Assembly (NCBI GenBank): GCA_030141605.1
Contig: JAQGDQ010000881.1
Span: 1 to 64,000, forward strand
Length of the DNA: 64,000 nucleotides
From: Tubiluchus corallicola
Lineage: Eukaryota; Animalia; Priapulida
Direction: 5' to 3'
Shown here: positions 12,433 through 34,300 of the stretch, piece after piece
Position numbering within the stretch: position 1 is the stretch's first letter
Layout of the letters: each line of letters opens with the position of its first letter
The notes under the pieces: model-generated
Told to the model about the DNA's origin: nothing
Databases searched by the model: none
The model's input: only the letters and a program-made list of their open reading frames with translations
Translations under genes and position numbers: made by a program

Positions 12433-14499
12433 TTGAGACTGATGAACTAAATGCATTTACACGCTGAAACTGTTTACTTGAGCCTATCTTGGCAAACTAA
12501 AATTGAATAAATTTAGCGCACCGTCCATTCCTATGATAGACGTAAACGTTATCAGTTAAATCTCTTATCCAGTCATAAGCGGTGCTCACATTTGTATATA
12601 CGGCATACAAATAATTACCTAATTAATAGCTAATTAAGGCGGGCAAAACCATGACTGCAGTTGCTCAAACCATATAGCCGAACTTTTGTTACAAATAAAT
12701 GAAAATCAAAGCGTTAGTTTTCGTTAGGTGTAAAATGTTTACCCCAGAGAGTGTTGATATCTTGATTATCAATGCAATGTTTGGCAGTGAGAATATGGCA
12801 GCTGTCTATGAGAGAACCACCACAGTTGAATCCACCTTTAGTTAGTGAGAAAAGTTGAGCATGCCATGGTCGCTCTTGTCTGCTGAAGCCAGTCCCTGTT
12901 GCAAAAACCAGTCATGTTTCAAATTTTCCAGTTTTTACACTACGTGCTTACATATTATCACTAAAAAGAGCAATATTTATTAATTAAATTTTAGCGCTTA
13001 AACACAGGTTTATCGACTGAAATTTTACCAACTGATCTTTGTGTCTTACTTTACAGTGTTTTTATAATTTGTCTGATTTAGTACTTGTGCCTAATTTTGT
13101 TTAGTTTTTGTTTTTATTAAAATTAATTTTGAAATAACTTTAACCTGTTAAATTTAGTTTTATCTAACTTTTGCTTTCAGTCGGCATCTAATTTTACAAA
13201 GTCTTTTGTGATTTATCAGTTTTAGTCTGTTTTTAGCTTTTGTTTAAAGGTATTCTGTTCTAAAATGGGCCGTTATGGAAATATTGTGAAGACAATTTAA
13301 TGTGCTGAATGTAAAACTAAATTTCATTCTATACTAATGCTTTCTTATTTTTAACATGTTTCTTACTGGGAGAGACACTTTCTCTGTCACATCGAGACAT
13401 TTAAAATTAAACAAACTGTTACGTCTTGCAGAGTGTTTGCTTTGCTTCTTTCTCATTACTATTCCATCTTCAATCAGCTTTTAATCAATCAATCATGTAA
13501 TAAGTTAGTGAGCCAATCTACCAATTAACCAACTGACTAAGCAGCTGACCGACCAGCTAACCGACCGATCGATCATCCAATGAACAAGTCAACAACAGAA
13601 CCAACCAGCTAGTCACTCAACAAAAGACACCAACAGACATGCTGCAAAAGGACACGAAGTTTCGTTCACTATTCACTCTACTGCAGATTTACTTCATCTT
13701 GATAAAGTAGTCCTGGCGTATAAAATCTCTGTAACTGCTGCAAAAGGACACGAAGTTTTGTTCACTATTCACTCTGGTTTACGGTAAAGGCAGGTTTACT
13801 TTATCTTGATGCAGCATTTACTTTATCTTTACTTACTTTTGCAGCGTTTACAATACCTAAAGTGTTTCCGCATAAAAAAACTTTTGTGGAATACAGGTTA
13901 AAAAAACGCCCGACTGTTGTGCGCGCATTGCACGGTGCTGCCATCTGGCAAAGAAAATAATACGAAAACATTTACACTGCCTTTAAGAAATTATTATTGT
14001 CAGCTTTGTACATTATATTTTTTGCATGCGTGAAACATATTGTTCTTGTATCTTATTAGGTTTTTTAGTATTTTTTTTACCTGTTTTTGTTTCACGGGTT
14101 GAATTGCCGAATTATCAACTATCACTCCGAAAATAGGTCCCAAGCTAGATCTTGAAAACTTATCAAAAGCGCACGAATACCGCGATAACCGGGGTCCACA
14201 GTTCAAATCTTTGACCAGCATTATTTACCTGTGTAAAAGACCCAAGTTGTTGCACAGTTTATAGTAGGTTTATCATTGCATGCTACTGTACAAATTGTTG
14301 ATAGTGTCATGTGTGGGTAGAGTTCTACTGTGGTTTCTAAACTCTGTTGTTTTGTTGTGATATTAACAGGAGAATTCTTGATAAATTATTAGTAAGCCAG
14401 AAAAGTAAAAGGCTTGTGATGCTTGTATTAGTAACAGCTAAAGGAAGCAAGTTGCAGAATTACATTGCATTTGCTTGGATTGGATTAGACTAGGTTAGT

Positions 14500-15215
14500 T
14501 AAAACAACAAAACTTTATCAAAACTTTATCAATAAACTTTTACATCAAAAAGTTAAAATCATGTCAAACGTTTCGACACGCTGCTGCTGTCATCATCGGT
14601 GGTAAATTTGCAAACATACAACCAGTTTACATACGCAGAGCCTATTGTGCACTAATTAAGTAGTTAACAGAAGCCAAATTCGTAATGATTAAGCAGACCT
14701 GTAGAAAAGAAATTGATACAGTAACTTAAACACTGATTATGTATTTACAAAACCCAAATTTGTAATGATTAAGCAGACCTGTAGAAAAGAAATTGATGCA
14801 GTAACAAATAGCGAAGTGTTTGAAAATAAAGTTAAAGGAATTGAACTGCTTTGTACATTAAGAGAAGGCTTATTAGGGAACATAAATAAATTTTCTTTTA
14901 TTAATAAGTCCCAGTTATTTGTAGTTCTGGTCACAATGCTGAAATTATTAAGATCAGCTTTGTGGCAGGAGGCACAAATAAGGTCATTAATGCTGAGTTA
15001 AGGAGAATTTTTTATTTTCTTGCCTGTTCTAGACGAAATATCCAAATCTCCACAAATTCTTACTTTAAAGTGTTTGGATGTTTTGACATGGTAAGCAGCA
15101 TTGCAGCTGCTACAATGAAATCTATAAATAATACCAGATTGTAATAATGTGGGTATTTTGTTTTTAAATGGGGAAAAGGGGCCTACATTATTAGGCCTAC
15201 CAGATTTTAACACAA
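14500..15215 (-). mobile_element. Degenerate 3' fragment of a Penelope-like retroelement (GIY-YIG endonuclease end plus pLTR)
   Basis: Minus-strand remnants SGIIYRFHCSSCNAAY..KTSKHFKVRI and LLIKENLF..NKPSLNVQSSSIPLTLF, followed by a hammerhead-like motif at 14561-14604. A related segment lies at 59335-59545. Confidence 0.8.
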
Positions 15216-15342
15216 TACGTAGCTAAATATAGTTGGGGGGGGGGGGGTACAGTTGTTTCACAATATGACAGATTGTGTTTTTATTATCACTGATACATAA
15301 ACTTTGGCATTTTAGGATTAAAAACGGATTAGAATCAGCAGG

Positions 15343-25885
<10,543 letters not shown>

Positions 25886-26265
25886 TGTTTATGCTGTCGT
25901 GTGGTGGTTGTTATTGTAATAATTTTGTAACGTGAATCGAATAATTTCAGACAATTGTAATTGTAGACCTACTCTACATCGTACAGTTTCAATACACGTT
26001 CTGAAATAATGCATGGTTAATAGTACATTTTCAACGTACTATTGAAAGGTCTTGTACAGTGTACTTTATGAAGTTTAAGTTTTACGCAAAGAAACAGAAG
26101 GAAAATGCTTTAACTAGGATTCTCTGAAACTTTTTTAAAAACATTTTCTTGGTAGCTTATACAAGACGAAAATCTGAAATAGGAACTAATTAGATGGCGC
26201 CTGTAAAATTCAGTCTTAGTTACGCCAGGTTTTGCATTTGGTTGCCACGTGTCACATGTTAAGGT

Positions 26266-26871
26266 GTAGCATTGTTTACAAATTCAGCGTCACAGAATCG
26301 ACGCGGTATCCAAGCAAGCCGTTGCTAACCCACTTAGCATTGTTTACTAACTCAGCGTCACAGAATCGACGCGGTATCCAAGCAAGCCGTTGCTAACCCA
26401 CTTAGCATTGTTTACTAAATCAGCGTCACAGAATCGACGCGGTATCCAAGCAAGCCGTTGCTAACCCACTTAGCATTGTTTACTAACTCAGCGTCACAGA
26501 ATCGACGCGGTATCCAAGCAAGCCGTTGCTAACACATTTAGCATTGTTTACTAACTCAGCGTCACAGAATCGACGCGGTATCCAAGCACGCCGTTGCTAA
26601 CACATTTAGCATTGTTTACTAACTCAGCGTCACAGAATCGACGCGGTATCCAAGCAAGCCGTTGCTAACACATTTAGCATTGTTTACTAACTCAGCGTCA
26701 CAGACTCGACGCGGTATCCAAGCAAGCCGTTGCTAACACATTTAGCATTGTTTACTAACTCAGCGTCACAGAATCGACGCGGTATCCAAGCAAACCGTTG
26801 CTAACCCACTTAGCATTGTTTCCAAATTCAGCGTCACAGAAACAACGCGGTATCCAAGGAAGCCGTTGCTA
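26266..26871. repeat. 68-bp tandem repeat, about 9 copies
   Basis: Unit TAGCATTGTTTACTAACTCAGCGTCACAGAATCGACGCGGTATCCAAGCAAGCCGTTGCTAACMCAYT. Confidence 0.95.
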
Positions 26872-27754
26872 GGGCATTTTTGTTTGGCTAGCGATTTTTC
26901 GAAGTTTCACGAACAAAAGCAACTAAAATGTTTTGGGGGCAAAAATGCAATTTCGAAACTCAATTTTATTAGGAAGGAAGCCATGAAATTTAATAATATT
27001 AGTGTCAAACTTCAAGTTACGCTTGTCTCTTTTAATTAAAGGAAACTTGTGCTTACATTAAATTTGACATGTAAGCTATTTTCCAAAACGTGTGTGCTCT
27101 AACTTATTTCATTTTTACAACATGTTTCATTTTGTAATAAACTTTTAAACTGTCTAAATAATCATTAGAATCTTGTATAATTTTGGTACACTGTAGCATG
27201 ATTTTTGTTCGTAGTTCTGTGTGATTAGAACCATGCTGGTGGAGAAATTTTCACTGATTAATCTAAAAAATATATTTCATCACCATCATCGTCGTTATCG
27301 TCATCATCGTCGTCATCGTCATCTTCTTCGTCATCATCATCAGCGTCATCATCATTATCAATATTTGGCACAACTGTGACTCAATACTATTCCATTAACT
27401 GTTTTGCACCCCCTCAAGTAAGAGCGCCCCGCATAGGTAATGATCAATGACAAAGTGGCGTTCATAATTGCTCACTGATCAGCAAATAGACATTATAACC
27501 AATTGCACTCCGCTACAGCGTATCAGAGGTGGGATAGCGGAAATCGTTTACATTTCCGGTAGATCTCTTCTTTTTTTTGGATTTTGAAAATCGGCTTCAA
27601 CGAAATTATATTCGCTGTTGAACTAAATAGACGCTCGAAGGAAAAAACTTTATTTCAACCTGTCGGAATCAACATTTCTAATAAGGTAATAGTTTTTCTT
27701 TTTAAAGTGAATTTAAATTTAAGAATTATATTTAAGACATATAATTTTAATATT

Positions 27755-27786
<32 letters not shown>

Positions 27787-28592
27787 AAGCAAATGAGAGA
27801 GTGAGAGAAAAAAGAAAGAGAGGCAGAGAGAGAGAGAGAGAGACGACTAAGTGAACTGCCTTGTCTTAAATAATTTTAGTTTCTGGAGTTTCTCAAAAAA
27901 TACATTTTGTTTTCTTGTGGATGGAGATTCACTAGAAAGATAGTTTCGTAACTAATCATAACCTAGCAAACAAAGTTTGATCATGATCTCAAGCTAATAC
28001 TAAAGTATCAAAAAATTATACGTACTGATAGTAATATATCGTAATACGTTATTGAGAATTTGTTGTCATTGAGAAACGAATTTTAACTTAACGAATAAAA
28101 AGATTGGAAGTTTTGCACTTTCAAAGATTGCACTCTTGTGGTATTTCTGGTGATTAATATTTCATGTAAACATATTGAGCGACAGTCTGTTAATTGTTTC
28201 TAATTTTTGTCTAACTTGAGATAATTTTTTATCATTATTGTTTATAAACTATTATGTTGTACTTCTAAATATTTTAAAGTTATATTAAGTTATTAAATCA
28301 TTTTAGCTTTGAAATAATTTGTGATAGTATTATACCGAATGTAATCAGGACAGGACTATGGAAAATATAAAATTAATCTAGGCCTGATTGAAAACGCAGG
28401 GTCTTTCATCTTTCGAGTTCTGTATGTATAAAAAGTTTAGACATACGTGCGTAAATAGAAAAAAAGAAATTATTTTTTATTTTCTCCAATTTTCCGGTTT
28501 TAGAATAACTCTCTGCTGTTGCGTTGTTGTGTTTATTAATAATAATTATTTGTAATTATCTGCGCCAATGACTACATGGCTACATTTTCAAT

Positions 28593-31352
28593 AATTTCTA
28601 TCACACATTAAAACTAGTAAGTTAAAATTTCAGGATTAAAAATAGTTTAGCAATTTAATTGCAAATCATCGAAATTTCTATCATACATTAAAACTAGTAA
28701 GTTAAAATTTCAGAATTAAAAATAGTATAGCAATTTAATTGCAAATCACCAAAATTTCTATCACACATTAAAACTAGTAAGTCAAAATTTCAGGATTAAA
28801 AATAGTATAGCAATTTAATTGCAAATCATCGAAATTTCTATCATACATTAAAACTAGTAAGTTAAAATTTCAGGATTAAAAATAGTATAGCAATTTAATT
28901 GCAAATCATCGAAATTTCTATCAAACATTAAAACTAGTAAGTTAAAATTTCAGGATTAAAAATAGTTTAGCAATTTAATTGCAAATCACCAAAATTTCTA
29001 TCACACATTAAAACTAGTAAGTTAAAATTTCAGGATTAAAAATAGTTTAGCAATTTAATTGCAAATCATCGAAATTTCTATCATACATTAAAACTAGTAA
29101 GTTAAAATTTCAGAATTAAAAATAGTATAGCAATTTAATTGCAAATCATCGAAATTTCTATCATACATTAAAACTAGTAAGTTAAAATTTCAGGATTAAA
29201 AATAGTATAGCAATTTAATTGCAAATCATCGAAATTTCTATCACACATTAAAACTAGTAAGTCAAAATTTCAGGATTAAAAATAGTATAGCAATTTAATT
29301 GCAAATCATCGAAATTTCTATCATACATTAAAACTAGTAAGTTAAAATTTCAGGATTAAAAATAGTTTAGCAATTTAATTGCAAATCATCGAAATTTCTA
29401 TCACACATTAAAACTAGTAAGTTAAAATTTCAGGATTAAAAATAGTTTAGCAATTTAATTGCAAATCATCGAAATTTCTATCATACATTAAAACTAGTAA
29501 GTTAACATTTCAGGATTAAAAATAGTTTAGCAATTTAATTGCAAATCATCGAAATTTCTATCATACATTAAAACTAGTAAGTTAAAATTTCAGGATTAAA
29601 AATAGTTTAGCAATTTAATTGCAAATCATCGAAATTTCTATCATACATTAAAACTAGTAAGTTAAAATTTCAGAATTAAAAATAGTATAGCAATTTAATT
29701 GCAAATCACCAAAATTTCTATCACACATTAAAACTAGTAAGTCAAAATTTCAGGATTAAAAATAGTATAGCAATTTAATTGCAAATCATCGAAATTTCTA
29801 TCATACATTAAAACTAGTAAGTTAAAATTTCAGGATTAAAAATAGTATAGCAATTTAATTGCAAATCATCGAAATTTCTATCAAACATTAAAACTAGTAA
29901 GTTAAAATTTCAGGATTAAAAATAGTTTAGCAATTTAATTGCAAATCACCAAAATTTCTATCACACATTAAAACTAGTAAGTTAAAATTTCAGGATTAAA
30001 AATAGTTTAGCAATTTAATTGCAAATCATCGAAATTTCTATCATACATTAAAACTAGTAAGTTAAAATTTCAGAATTAAAAATAGTATAGCAATTTAATT
30101 GCAAATCATCGAAATTTCTATCATACATTAAAACTAGTAAGTTAAAATTTCAGGATTAAAAATAGTATAGCAATTTAATTGCAAATCATCGAAATTTCTA
30201 TCACACATTAAAACTAGTAAGTCAAAATTTCAGGATTAAAAATAGTATAGCAATTTAATTGCAAATCATCGAAATTTCTATCATACATTAAAACTAGTAA
30301 GTTAAAATTTCAGGATTAAAAATAGTTTAGCAATTTAATTGCAAATCATCGAAATTTCTATCATACATTAAAACTAGTAAGTTAAAATTTCAGAATTAAA
30401 AATAGTATAGCAATTTAATTGCAAATCATCGAAATTTCTATCATACATTAAAACTAGTAAGTTAACATTTCAGGATTAAAAATAGTTTAGCAATTTAATT
30501 GCAAATCACCGAAATTTCTATCACACATTAAAACTAGTAAGTTAAAATTTCAGAATTAAAAATAGTATAGCAATTTAATTGCAAATCATCGAAATTTCTA
30601 TCATACATTAAAACTAGTAAGTTAAAATTTCAGGATTAAAAATAGTTTAGCAATTTAATTGCAAATCATCGAAATTTCTATCACACATTAAAACTAGTAA
30701 GTTAAAATTTCAGGATTAAAAATAGTTTAGCAATTTAATTGCAAATCACCGAAATTTCTATCACACATTAAAACTAGTAAGTTAAAATTTCAGAATTAAA
30801 AATAGTTTAGCAATTTAATTGCAAATCACCGAAATTTCTATCACACATTAAAACTAGTAAGTTAAAATTTCAGGATTAAAAATAGTATAGCAATTTAATT
30901 GCAAATCACGGAAATTTCTATCATACATTAAAACTAGTAAGTTAAAATTTCAGGATTAAAAATAGTTTAGCAATTTAATTGCAAATCACCGAAATTTCTA
31001 TCACACATTAAAACTAGTAAGTTAAAATTTCAGGATTAAAAATAGTTTAGCAATTTATTTGCAAATCATCGAAATTTCTATCAAACATTAAAACTAGTAA
31101 GTTAAAATTTCAGGATTAAAAATAGTTTAGCAATTTAATTGCAAATCACCGAAATTTCTATCATACATTAAAACTAGTAAGAAAAAATTTCAGGATTAAA
31201 AATAGTTTAGCAATTTAATTGCAAATCACCGAAATTTCTATCATACATTAAAACTAGTAAGTTAAAATTTCAGGATTAAAAATAGTATAGCAATTTAATT
31301 GCAAATCACCGAAATTTCTATCACACATTAAAACTAGTAAGTTAAAATTTCA
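28593..31352. repeat. 80-bp satellite, about 34.5 copies, with a 960-bp (12-mer) higher-order duplication
   Basis: Unit TCAYACATTAAAACTAGTAAGTTAAAATTTCAGGATTAAAAATAGTWTAGCAATTTAATTGCAAATCAYCGAAATTTCTA; abuts the methyltransferase stop codon. Confidence 0.97.
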
Positions 31353-34300
31353 TGGATTTGTATTCAGCACTTGGTAAACATAGATCATTCCCTCTCTCCC
31401 TGCATAGTAATTAGGTAATACTTCCTTCTTGACAAGTTTCCATGCCTTCTCTTTTTCTAGTTTCTCCATTAACGGTTGTAGTCCTTTCAAAGAAGGGGAT
31501 TCTTCTAGCACCTCAATTCGATTAGTGATCATAACTATACCACCTAGAAGCAAGCAAACTAAGTTACATTTAAACTCAAAATTCTCAAGCAATTTGCTGA
31601 TATTACTTTTCATTACTATTAATGCAAAAACAGAAATTATGGCATTACTTTTCTCAGTTGTTAGACAATTGTTTAGGAGCTGGCTCGTGGAAAAGATAGG
31701 GTTTGATGAACCCTGGCTCGTGGAAAAGATAGGGTTTGATGAACCCTGGCTCGTTGAAAAGATAGGGTTTGATGAACCCTGGCTCGTGGAAAAGATAGGG
31801 TTTGATGAACCCTGGCTCGTGGAAAACATAGGGTTTGATGAACCCTGACATTTTTGACAGTTTCTTTCTGTTTGGTCCATGTGAAGTCTCTTGTTTTTGA
31901 CATAGTAGTGTATAATATTAATATAATTTTTTCCTGTCTGCTCTATAAAACAGTAACGATAGTTATTACCTGGTTTTACCAGCCTCACTGTTTCCACTAG
32001 ACATTCCGGCTCCAAATGACCTTGAGCAAAGGAACCAGCAATTGTAATGGCATCATACGTATCTAAACAAACGTTTGTCTTTTTCATTACAAATGTGAGT
32101 AAAGGAAAGCCGTGTTAAATAGCGATTTTGATTAAATTGACGATTAAATTATTGAATTAATAATTCAAGATTAAATGCTTGACGACGCAAGATTAAACTA
32201 TCGTCGTGGATAGAAGCCTAGTTAGGTGAGGCATCACGTGACCAGCTGATGTTCGACCGGCTGACTCAGAAGTAAAGATTGATGATGTAATCCTTATGCG
32301 CAGAAGCTCACGGCGCATTAGGTAGTTAGACAAAAGTGTTTTGACGCCCGCACTTCGGAGGAGATTAGGAACTGACTTGAAGGCGGAGGGCTGGCATTAC
32401 TATCCTCTTATATTTATCGTGTTGTGGTTGTTGTTTAATAAATGTGTAGTTTATTAAATAAAGTCTTGATAATTTGCCATGCCCATCGTGGCTAGCTCAC
32501 ACGCCACGCAATAAACAACAATAATCAGCAAGCAGCATTAACCACAAGAATAAATAGACCTTAACCAATTATTTTGCTATGCGCTAGTTTGACTGGCTGT
32601 GTTTGTATGTGTGTGTGTTTGTTCGCACAATCGGATAAGGCATAATCACTTATCAGGCATAGACTAGACAAGAGCAGGAAAGCACAAACCTGTTGATTTT
32701 GAATTCAAAATGTCTAAGGTGAAGTTCACAAGTTCCAAAAATGTCTATAAAATTAAAATCGAAGTTATAATCATCAAACTTGGCATAAGGACGGTCAAGG
32801 GATATTGATAGAGGTTTGGACAGGACCCGAAAGCTCATTGCTTTTTGGTTCAAAAAGTTAAAAGTCAGGGTTACAGTGACATGGGCGTGGTTCAGCACTT
32901 TGTTAGCATGTCCCTATCATGTAGTAAATATGCAGTCAGTAACGGAAAATGATATTGACGATATTGGAAAAAAGTATAGATTAGATTGGAGGTTTTTCCT
33001 TTTGAGCGCGTGTCGTGGTTTTCAGGGCACAGCAATAAGCCTTTTCACAGTTTCGTTGTGTGCATGTGCAGTTGCTGTAGGTCAAACAGGTCAAACATTC
33101 GACGTTTTTCCGTTTGAACACGCGTCGTGGTATTCAGTGCACAACAATAAGCCTTTTCAAGTTTCGTTGTGTGCATGTGCAGTTGCTGTAGGTCAAACAT
33201 TCGATGTTTTTCCTTTTGAGCACATGTCGTGGTATTCAGTGCACAACAATAAGCCTTTTCACAGTTTCGTTGTGTGCATGTGCAGTTGTTGTCGGTCAAA
33301 CATTAATTGCACTAGAGCAACCCGTCTTAGCTACAACCATCACATGATATGTGTGTAAAGCAAAGCCGTGTGCTGCATCAGAACAGTAATTTCAGTTATT
33401 TTACGTGGACTTTACTTATTTATGCATTAGTCTATGCATAGAGTGATTTATTAGCAGGACCTTGCTTGGGAACAAGAAAAAATGAACTAGGTAAAGATCT
33501 AGCTAGTTATGAAAACTGTATTACAATAGCTTGGGCTGCAAAGCATTGTGAAGTATAGCGTTGTCTGATACATCTAGCCTTTCACCTTTTCACGATCACC
33601 ATCAATCGCTAGAACTTGGAAAAGACTTATTAGTACTAGATGAGTTTACACACTGCTCTCTGTGTATGTGTTACATTCTAATAAACTGAAATATTACTAT
33701 GCATGAACTTTAGCATTCATTAGTTAGCTAGCTGTTTAACCTTTGACCTTTTCACGATCATCATCAATCATTGGAATTTATTGTTCTGAATGTTCTAATA
33801 CTGTGAAGAGTGATTCTCATCAGAACTTAAACACTGATTTGAAACTGAATTATTGATAGTTCTGATTTGGTTTTGGTGTTCTTTGTGCTGTTTGTATGGA
33901 TGGTCTCCAAAATTGCCCATCAATGAAAACACCAATGCGTCACGTGACTCCAAAACGGTTTATCTATTTTTTATGCCACTAATATCAAGCTTTTATTTCA
34001 TGCTGCTATGAAATGATTTTACAATTAACTATCAACGTACCTGCGGGTATATCTTGCGGGTTCTTGGTAAAGAGCGTACAGAAATAATTGCAGTAAATTT
34101 CTGAATTCTTTGCTTCTTGCAACATTTCTTGGCAAGCGTCCAACGCGTCGATGTTCGTGAAACCCTTTGCATGTAACTGCAAACATAGAATAGAAAATAA
34201 TTACGTTACTTGCAAAGGCCCCACAAAAAGTTTGCGTATAAATCCACTTATAATCAAAAATGCACGAACATTCTACCTAGTGTTTGTCTGTTTATCTAAT

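Noticed and set aside
26266-26871. CRISPR-like 68-bp periodicity
   Set aside because: Units are near-identical over their whole length with no unique spacers, no cas genes, and a eukaryotic context.
31350-32087. 245-aa ORF as a standalone single-exon gene
   Set aside because: It is exons 4-5 of the methyltransferase plus an open intron and lacks SAM motif I on its own.
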